Position numbers and translations under genes: made by a program
The notes under the pieces: model-generated
What the model saw: only the letters and a program-made list of their open reading frames with translations
The model's database searches: none
What the model was told of the DNA's origin: nothing
Source of the DNA: Acidobacteriota bacterium
GTDB taxonomy: Bacteria > Acidobacteriota > UBA6911 > RPQK01 > CBDAPI01
Length of the DNA stretch: 64,000 nucleotides
Direction of reading: 5' to 3'
Assembly (NCBI GenBank): GCA_965197285.1
Contig: OZ240092.1
Coordinates: 5,570,345 to 5,634,344 of the forward strand
In this document: in pieces, positions 58,135-64,000 of the stretch
Layout of the letters: each line of letters starts with the position of its first letter
How positions within the stretch are numbered: position 1 is the first letter of the stretch

Positions 58135-58165
58135 AAGGGAGTGTATCCCAGGCTCGCCAGAGGCG

Positions 58166-58483
58166 TCAACTCGAGCTAACCTCTTGAAACGGTGAAGCTA
58201 AGAGCTCTGAAAGGCGGCTGGTCGACTCCGAAACACGACGCTCGAGTTGCTCCAGTTCCCCACGTGTAGAGATGTAATCGTCAGCTATGTTCAAAGCGGC
58301 TAGGATAGCTATCTTCAACGTGTCCACGGTAAGGGTCTGCTCGGCCAGTTCCGACATCTTCTCATCGACGTACCGGGCCAGCTCTTGAACGTATTCTGGA
58401 TTGTCTCCGCTTCGGACCCGAAAAGTCTGATTGAAGATCGTTACCGTGGTTACTTGCTCCTGTACTGGTTCCATCCGGGTCAT
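58166..58483 (-). CDS. zapA: Cell division protein ZapA
   Basis: VTIFNQTF...YVQELARYVDEKM...KIAILAALNIAD. Confidence 0.93.
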   Translation of the reverse strand: MTRMEPVQEQVTTVTIFNQTFRVRSGDNPEYVQELARYVDEKMSELAEQTLTVDTLKIAILAALNIADDYISTRGELEQLERRVSESTSRLSELLASPFQEVSSS

Positions 58484-58505
58484 CGGGCTGATCTCGAGCT
58501 CGCCG

Positions 58506-58769
58506 CTAGCCTTGAGCCTTTTCCAGGCTGGCCAGCGAACTCAGCATTCTCTCAACACTGGAGAGGGTCTTCCGCCGATCCTTTTCCAGCAGTTTCACCT
58601 GATCGCACTTTCCACCAAAATCCCTTTCAAGTACCTCCAAATCCTGTCGCAATTCCGAAACCTGCTGCTTGAGCTTCAGGTTCTCTTCGCGGAGACTTCG
58701 AAACCGTTCTACGAGCTGAACGGCGACCTCTTCGACTTCGCTGAGGACAGTCTTCGCTACAACCGACAT
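58506..58769 (-). CDS. ZapB-like coiled-coil protein
   Basis: ATG 58769; 87-aa heptad-rich sequence (LREENLKLKQQVSELRQDL); located between pheT and zapA. Confidence 0.7.
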   Translation of the reverse strand: MSVVAKTVLSEVEEVAVQLVERFRSLREENLKLKQQVSELRQDLEVLERDFGGKCDQVKLLEKDRRKTLSSVERMLSSLASLEKAQG

Positions 58770-58779
58770 GGGCAGCAAG

Positions 58780-60834
58780 TTAAGAGCGAGCCTCAATGCG
58801 AAAACGCCTGGACAGCTCGGCAAACACCTGCCGGCTGAATAGGTTTGCCTCGTCTTGTGTCAAGGTTCGTTCCAGGTTTGCGAAAGTTAGCCGAACAGTC
58901 AGGCTAATCTTTCCGATGGGAAGCTTTGGGCCTCGATAGAGATCCATCAGATGAACGTCCCGAAGTTCGGGAATATTCAATTGTTGAACAACTTCTGCAA
59001 TTCTATCGAAATCAATTCCCGTGTCAACCAGGAACGACAGATCGGATTCCACGGAAGGGTATTTGGGAATGTCCTGAAACCTCGGATCCTGCAAGGGTTT
59101 ACCATAAAACTGGTCAAGTGATAACTCGGCGACAACTACTGGTGTCGAGATGCGGAGAGGTTGCTGCAGCCGACTGGCCAGCACCCCCATGATTCCGACC
59201 TCACGGCCATCCAGTTCAACTGAGATTGCAGTCCCTTGTGCGAGAAACGGCCGCTCCGTTTTCCGGTATTTGACCGACTGCCCCATCCCACGGGTCAGTG
59301 ACGAGACCACTCCCCTCATGTGGAAAATAGAGAAAACTCCTACGTCCTCGGGATTTTGCCAGTGAATCGGACGATTCTGACCGGTGGCCGCCAGCCCCAG
59401 GCGGGTTTCTTCGGCGATTCCCTCTGAGCCCGCCCAGAACACCCTTCCCAGCTCGAAGAGGTGGACTCGAGTTCTTCCCCGATAAGTGTTTCGCTGAATC
59501 GATGCCAGCAGACCGGGCAGCAGACTCTTCCGCAAATGGCTATGTTCCTCGCTAAGCGGGTTGTCCACCGCAACCATCCCTGTCGGCTCCTCCCAGAATC
59601 CCTTTTCTCGTGCGGGATCCGTAAAAGCCAGATTGATCGCCTCCGAGAAACCCCGACCAACCAGCAGCTCAATCATGGGCCGTTGCCGCTTGCGAGTCGG
59701 AAGGAAGGCTCCGGTGCCTCGGCTGGCAGGAAAAGTACTCTCCACGCGATCATAGCCGTGGTGGCGCAGCAGCTCTTCAACCAGGTCATCTTCCAGGGCG
59801 ACATCACCGCGTGCGCTCGGCGCGATCACCTCCCAGTCACCTGCCTTGCCCTTCACTTTGAAGCCCAGCGACTCCAGGATCGTCTCCACTTTCCGGTTCT
59901 CGATACAGATGCCGGTCACCTGCCGGATGCGATCGGAAGTGAGACGGATGCCGACCCGCCGAACCGGTCTGGGGTACTCGTCGAGCACCGGACCCGAGCA
60001 CTCGGAACCCGGGACGATCTCCTCGATCAGGCGGCTTGCCAGGTGAAGACCCAGGGGCGGGAGATCCGGATCGCTGCCTCGCTCAAAGCGGTAGGAGGCT
60101 TCCGTGCCGGTTCCCAGTTTCCGGGCAGTGCGGCGTACCTGGAGCGGACTGAAATAGGCACTCTCGAGCAGGATGCTTGACGTCTCGGGGCCGACTTCAC
60201 TCGAGAGGCCTCCGATGACGCCGGCCACGGCCACCGGCTTGCGGCTGTCGCAGATCATGAGCATGTTGTCGTCCAACTCCCGCTGCTCGCCGTCAAGCGT
60301 CCGCAGTCGCTCCGCGGGGCGGGACCTGCGCACCACGATCGCCCCCCCCTCCAGCCGTTCGAAATCAAAGGCATGGAGGGGTTGCCCGATGTGGAGCATC
60401 ACGTAATTCGTTATGTCAACGACGTTGTTGATGGGTCTGTGTCCAAGGCGTTCCAGGCGCCGCTGCAGCCATGCCGGCGAACTCTCCACCGTGACGTTCT
60501 CAATCAGGCGTGCCGTGTAGCGGGGGCACAGCTTCGAATCCTCAATTCTCACGGACGGCCGGATTTCGCCATCGCGGCCCGGTGGCGGCGTCAAATCGGG
60601 GAGTTGCAGCGTTGCCCCGTAGTGGGCTCCGAGTTCCCGGGCAATACCCCAGTGATTCAGACAATCCGGCCGATTGGCATGAATCTCCAGGTCATACACG
60701 ACGTCCTGCCCGCACTCCTGCCGGCCCTCCAGGGCAAACCCGATCCTCGCCAGTGCCAACGCAACCTGGTCGGGAGACCGTTCTGCTCCCGTCAGATCGA
60801 GAAAGTCACCAAGCCAGTTATAGGAAACTCTCAT
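58780..60834 (-). CDS. pheT: Phenylalanine--tRNA ligase beta subunit (short form)
   Basis: MRVSYNWL; ANRPDCL; INNVVDITNYVM; ASYRFERG; LRKSLLPGLL; C-terminal SLTVRL.F...RTL. Confidence 0.95.
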   Translation of the reverse strand: MRVSYNWLGDFLDLTGAERSPDQVALALARIGFALEGRQECGQDVVYDLEIHANRPDCLNHWGIARELGAHYGATLQLPDLTPPPGRDGEIRPSVRIEDSKLCPRYTARLIENVTVESSPAWLQRRLERLGHRPINNVVDITNYVMLHIGQPLHAFDFERLEGGAIVVRRSRPAERLRTLDGEQRELDDNMLMICDSRKPVAVAGVIGGLSSEVGPETSSILLESAYFSPLQVRRTARKLGTGTEASYRFERGSDPDLPPLGLHLASRLIEEIVPGSECSGPVLDEYPRPVRRVGIRLTSDRIRQVTGICIENRKVETILESLGFKVKGKAGDWEVIAPSARGDVALEDDLVEELLRHHGYDRVESTFPASRGTGAFLPTRKRQRPMIELLVGRGFSEAINLAFTDPAREKGFWEEPTGMVAVDNPLSEEHSHLRKSLLPGLLASIQRNTYRGRTRVHLFELGRVFWAGSEGIAEETRLGLAATGQNRPIHWQNPEDVGVFSIFHMRGVVSSLTRGMGQSVKYRKTERPFLAQGTAISVELDGREVGIMGVLASRLQQPLRISTPVVVAELSLDQFYGKPLQDPRFQDIPKYPSVESDLSFLVDTGIDFDRIAEVVQQLNIPELRDVHLMDLYRGPKLPIGKISLTVRLTFANLERTLTQDEANLFSRQVFAELSRRFRIEARS

Positions 60835-60870
60835 GGAGCGGCCTTGTGCCCCCGCGAGCCGGGAGCCTTA

Positions 60871-61030
60871 GGTGTACTGTCCGGGAAGTTCACGGTGTTA
60901 ATTCGGGATGGATTTTCGTTGACAGTGAGGCGCGCGACGCAGGAAGGCCGGGCGTCTTTCGAGGTAGCGCAACAAAGCTGTCGGCGAAAAGACGCCCGAA
61001 GTAGCGGCGTGAACTTTCCGGACAGTGCAC
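60871..61030. mobile_element. MITE-like element of about 160 bp with 23-bp imperfect terminal inverted repeats, between pheS and pheT
   Basis: GTGTACTGTCCGGGAAGTTCACG (60872-60894) versus CGTGAACTTTCCGGACAGTGCAC (61008-61030), 21/23 complementary; flanked by TA; internal 11-bp hairpin (60949-60959 with 60988-60998). Confidence 0.55.
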
Positions 61031-62049
61031 TAAAATTGCTGCAGGAAGCGAATGTCATTCTCGAAAAGCAGGCGCATGTCATGAATCTGGTATTTGAGCA
61101 GTGCCAGTCGATCAATCCCCATCCCCCAGGCAAATCCCGTGTAGCGTCGAGGGTCGTATCCGACTCTCTCAAACAGCTGGGGATGGACCATACCGGCCCC
61201 CAGAACTTCGATCCAACCCGTTCTCTTACACACGCGACACCCCTCTCCCCTGCAGAAGGGGCAGCTGATATCCACTTCGGCGCCCGGCTCGACGAAGGGA
61301 AAATAGCTGGGCCGCAGGCGAATCTGGGTGGTCTCCAGGAACAGGGATCTGAGGAACACTTCGAGGGTTCCCTTGAGGTCGGCAAACGTAATGCCTTCGT
61401 CCACCACGAGCGCCTCCAGTTGATGAAACATCGGGCTGTGGGTGGCATCAACCGCATCTCTTCGGAAGACTCTTCCCGGGACGGCAATGCGAAGCGGAGG
61501 CCTCCGCTTCTCCATGGTGCGGATTTGAACGGGTGACGTATGGGTGCGCAAGAGCATTTGCTCCGGCAGGTAGAAAGTGTCCTGACTGGCGCGGGCCGGA
61601 TGTCCCTCGGGAATATTCAGGGCGTCAAAGTTGTAGTACTCAGACTCAACCTCCGGCCCATCGATCAGTTCGAAGCCCATCCCGACACAGATCTCCTCCA
61701 TTTCCCGGGCCAGTCTTCGCAGCGGGTGGATATGACCCATCTCGACGGGGACTTCTGGAAGAGTTCTATCCAGCACCTCTTCCCCGCCGCCCACCTCGGC
61801 GTCTTCAAGCTCCTGCTTGCGATTGGTGAGAGCGTCCTGTACCTGCCCGCGCAGGTCGTTGAGCGCCTGTCCGAGAGCCGGGCGATCCTCTTTCGGGGCG
61901 CTCCCCAGGCGGCGCATCTGCAGGGTAACCAGGCCCCGCTGCCGACTCAGATACTTGTCTCGGACTTCAGCCAGATCGGGGAGCGAGTCCGTCCCGGAGA
62001 GATCGTCGCTAAACTGTTGCCAAATCTCCTCAACCCGATCTGATTGCAT
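61030..62049 (-). CDS. pheS: Phenylalanine--tRNA ligase alpha subunit
   Basis: GHIHP; NFDALNIPEGHPAR..QDTFY; LLRTHTSPVQIR; YFPFVEPGAEVD; GFAWGMGIDRL. Confidence 0.97.
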   Translation of the reverse strand: MQSDRVEEIWQQFSDDLSGTDSLPDLAEVRDKYLSRQRGLVTLQMRRLGSAPKEDRPALGQALNDLRGQVQDALTNRKQELEDAEVGGGEEVLDRTLPEVPVEMGHIHPLRRLAREMEEICVGMGFELIDGPEVESEYYNFDALNIPEGHPARASQDTFYLPEQMLLRTHTSPVQIRTMEKRRPPLRIAVPGRVFRRDAVDATHSPMFHQLEALVVDEGITFADLKGTLEVFLRSLFLETTQIRLRPSYFPFVEPGAEVDISCPFCRGEGCRVCKRTGWIEVLGAGMVHPQLFERVGYDPRRYTGFAWGMGIDRLALLKYQIHDMRLLFENDIRFLQQF

Positions 62050-62079
62050 GGCTCGGAGTGCAGGGAAGGCACATATCTG

Positions 62080-62436
62080 TCAGCCAATGGCCTGGCGGGC
62101 AGTTTCGGCCAGCTTCTTGAAACCTTTGTCATCGCGGACAGCAATGTCGGCCAGCATCTTGCGGTTCAGATCGAGGCCGGCAACCTTGAGGCCGTGAATG
62201 AGCTGGCTGTAGGAGAGACCGTTCTGGCGCGCCGCCGCGCTGATCCGGACAACCCACAACCTGCGGAACTCTCGCTTCCTGCGACGCCGGTCGCGATAAG
62301 CAAACGCCAGTGATCGCAGCACCTGTTCTTTGGCAGCGCGGTGAAGTTTGCTCTTCGTCCCCCAGTAGCCCTTGGCAGATCTGAGGATCCGCTTTCTCCG
62401 CTTGATACGGGTCGTTCCCCTGGTAACCCTGGACAT
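62080..62436 (-). CDS. rplT: 50S ribosomal protein L20
   Basis: MSRVTRG...AKGYWG...[20 protein letters not shown]...LNRKMLAD. Confidence 0.98.
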   Translation of the reverse strand: MSRVTRGTTRIKRRKRILRSAKGYWGTKSKLHRAAKEQVLRSLAFAYRDRRRRKREFRRLWVVRISAAARQNGLSYSQLIHGLKVAGLDLNRKMLADIAVRDDKGFKKLAETARQAIG

Positions 62437-62441
62437 ACTTT

Positions 62442-62636
62442 CTACCCGAGGTTCAGCATCGCTTTGACGCGCTTCACGTCAGCAGATGAGACAAGAGAGG
62501 GCTTGCGCAGATTGCGCTTTCGTTTTGATGACTTCTTCGTCAGGATGTGGCTGTGGTGACTGCTGTGCCGGCGAATTTTTCCCGTGCCGGTTAATTTGAA
62601 GCGCTTGGCAGCGGCCCGTTTCGTCTTTAGTTTCAT
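62442..62636 (-). CDS. rpmI: 50S ribosomal protein L35
   Basis: [19 protein letters not shown]...[16 protein letters not shown]. Confidence 0.97.
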   Translation of the reverse strand: MKLKTKRAAAKRFKLTGTGKIRRHSSHHSHILTKKSSKRKRNLRKPSLVSSADVKRVKAMLNLG

Positions 62637-62668
62637 GTTCTCAACCGATTCCTTCTCTTCTCAGTGGA

Positions 62669-63181
62669 TCACTGACTCTTCTTCGGGGTCAGGATCATCG
62701 TCATTGTGTAGCGGTCCATCTTGGGCTGTACTTCGATGACGGCCAGATCCCCCACTTCCCCTGCCAGTTTTCTCAGAATCTCCTCTCCGATCCCGGGATG
62801 GGTGACTTCCCTGCCCCGAAACATCACAGTCGCCTTGACCTTGTTCTCGGCCTTTAGAAATCGGATCGCATGCTTCTTCTTGAACTCGAAGTCGTGCGGA
62901 TCGATCTTGGGTCTGAATTTGACCTCTTTGACATGAATGGTTTTCTGGTGCTTCTTGGCTTCGTGAGCCTTTTTGCTCTGCTGGTACTGGTACTTTCCGA
63001 AGTCCATGATTCGGCAAACCGGAGGTCTCGCGGTGGGAGCCACCTCAACCAGGTCCAGCCCACGCGACTGTGCGATCTCCATAGCCTCCCTGGGCCGCAT
63101 CACGCCCAGTTGCTCACCCTCGTCCGATATGACCCGAATTTCAGGTGCCCGAATCCGCCGATTTACCCTTGCTCTCCTAAT
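62669..63181 (-). CDS. infC: Translation initiation factor IF-3, AUU start codon
   Basis: The frame extends upstream of the ORF-track start: (ATT)RRARVNRRIRAPEIRVISDEGEQLGVM... GGAGG RBS lies 6 nt before ATT at 63181-63179; VKEVKFRPKID.HD motif. Confidence 0.93.
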   Translation of the reverse strand: MRRARVNRRIRAPEIRVISDEGEQLGVMRPREAMEIAQSRGLDLVEVAPTARPPVCRIMDFGKYQYQQSKKAHEAKKHQKTIHVKEVKFRPKIDPHDFEFKKKHAIRFLKAENKVKATVMFRGREVTHPGIGEEILRKLAGEVGDLAVIEVQPKMDRYTMTMILTPKKSQ

Positions 63182-63203
63182 ATTCGTCCTCCAAAAGGCT
63201 CAC

Positions 63204-63212
63204 AGTTTACCA
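63204..63212 (-). promoter_or_regulatory. Extended -10 element upstream of infC
   Basis: TGGTAAACT on the minus strand in the thrS-infC gap. Confidence 0.45.
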
Positions 63213-63277
63213 TTGGCTGAATTTCAAACATATCAGAAAAAGGATCCCCGCCCTCATTCGCCGTCCCCGGTAACGAT

Positions 63278-64000
63278 TCAGGCAGGGCTGGCTGTCCTGT
63301 CGTTCACCAGCCTGCGCACCTTCAGGGTGAATTCCTCCAGGCTGGCAGGACCCAGATCCCCCAGCAGGCGATCCCGAACCGAGACATTCCCCTGTTCCAC
63401 TTCCCGGTCGCCCGCGATGAGCATGAAGGGCAACTTCTGCAGTTGCGCCTCGCGGATCTTGAAGCCGACTTTCTCGCTTCGCAGGTCGGCCCGCACTCTC
63501 AGTCCGGCATCTGCCAGCTGCTCGGTTACGCGGCCGGCGTACCCATGGTGTCGTTCGCTGATGGGCACAACCAGCGCCTGGACGGGTGCCAGCCACACCG
63601 GAAAGGCGCCGCCGTAATGTTCCACCAGGACACCCATGAATCTTTCCAGAGAACCGAGCACAGCTCGATGAATCATGATCACGTAGTGCTCCCGTGAGTC
63701 CGATCCGACATAAGTCACGTGAAAGCGCTGGGGCAGGCTAAAGTCGAACTGAAAGGTGCTCAGCTGCCAGGACCGACCCAAGGCATCGATCAGGTTGATA
63801 TCGATCTTAGGACCGTAAAAGGCGGCTTCCCCGCTGTTGCGCTGGTAATCCCAACCCTTCTGCTCGAGAGCCTCGACGAGGACCTTCTCTGCCCGCTCCC
63901 AGTCTTCCGGGCTGCCCGCATACTCTTTGGGGCTGGCCGGATCCGAGACGGAAAGCGCCACCTCAAAGTCCTCAAATCCGAAGGCGTTGAGGATGAACTC
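63278..64000 (-). CDS. thrS: Threonine--tRNA ligase, C-terminal part (runs out of the window)
   Basis: EAAFYGPKID; WQLSTFQFDF; MIHRAVLGSLERF; GAFPVWLAPVQ; KIREAQLQK.P. Confidence 0.97.
   Translation of the reverse strand, partial: EFILNAFGFEDFEVALSVSDPASPKEYAGSPEDWERAEKVLVEALEQKGWDYQRNSGEAAFYGPKIDINLIDALGRSWQLSTFQFDFSLPQRFHVTYVGSDSREHYVIMIHRAVLGSLERFMGVLVEHYGGAFPVWLAPVQALVVPISERHHGYAGRVTEQLADAGLRVRADLRSEKVGFKIREAQLQKLPFMLIAGDREVEQGNVSVRDRLLGDLGPASLEEFTLKVRRLVNDRTASPA

Overview
GC-rich bacterial chromosomal segment made up mostly of housekeeping genes. The gene repertoire (GWxTD protein, large carboxypeptidase-domain TonB-dependent receptor, DUF1501 plus PSD1/cytochrome pair, TonB-ExbB-ExbD-ExbD-TPR operon) suggests Acidobacteriota; this is inference and the 23S rRNA would settle it. 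Left to right: glycosyltransferase genes; Ku, MerR/TPR, DtxR and acyl-CoA ligase genes; tsaC; DUF1501/PSD1; GWxTD; a TonB-dependent receptor with a sigma54-type promoter; trmH-like, rarA, CaCA antiporter and a GT-C-like membrane protein; an ECF sigma/anti-sigma/YbjQ cluster; a 23S-5S rRNA unit with its own promoter and no 16S; mutM; an NhaP-type antiporter; tRNA-Gln; recA; hbd; rel; tonB-exbB-exbD-exbD-TPR; tgt-yajC-secD-secF; uvrA-ymdB; an IS1380 element interrupted by an IS21 element; and thrS-infC-rpmI-rplT-pheS-pheT-zapB-zapA-6S-rny. The most notable observations are: (1) the 16S-unlinked 23S-5S unit, preceded by twin 16-bp palindromes; (2) a roughly 725-aa protein of five tandem heptosyltransferase-N-terminal-like modules, split at a T6 run; (3) Ku with no ligD in the window, followed by a MerR-HTH/TPR gene; (4) nested IS elements whose junctions can be reconstructed; (5) several intergenic repeat families (heptamer arrays, a REPIN, a MITE-like element between pheS and pheT, a recurrent 12-mer); and (6) a degenerate CoA-transferase B subunit. 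All family calls come from motifs recognised by eye; no database or HMM search was run. The single-base frameshifts could be assembly errors.
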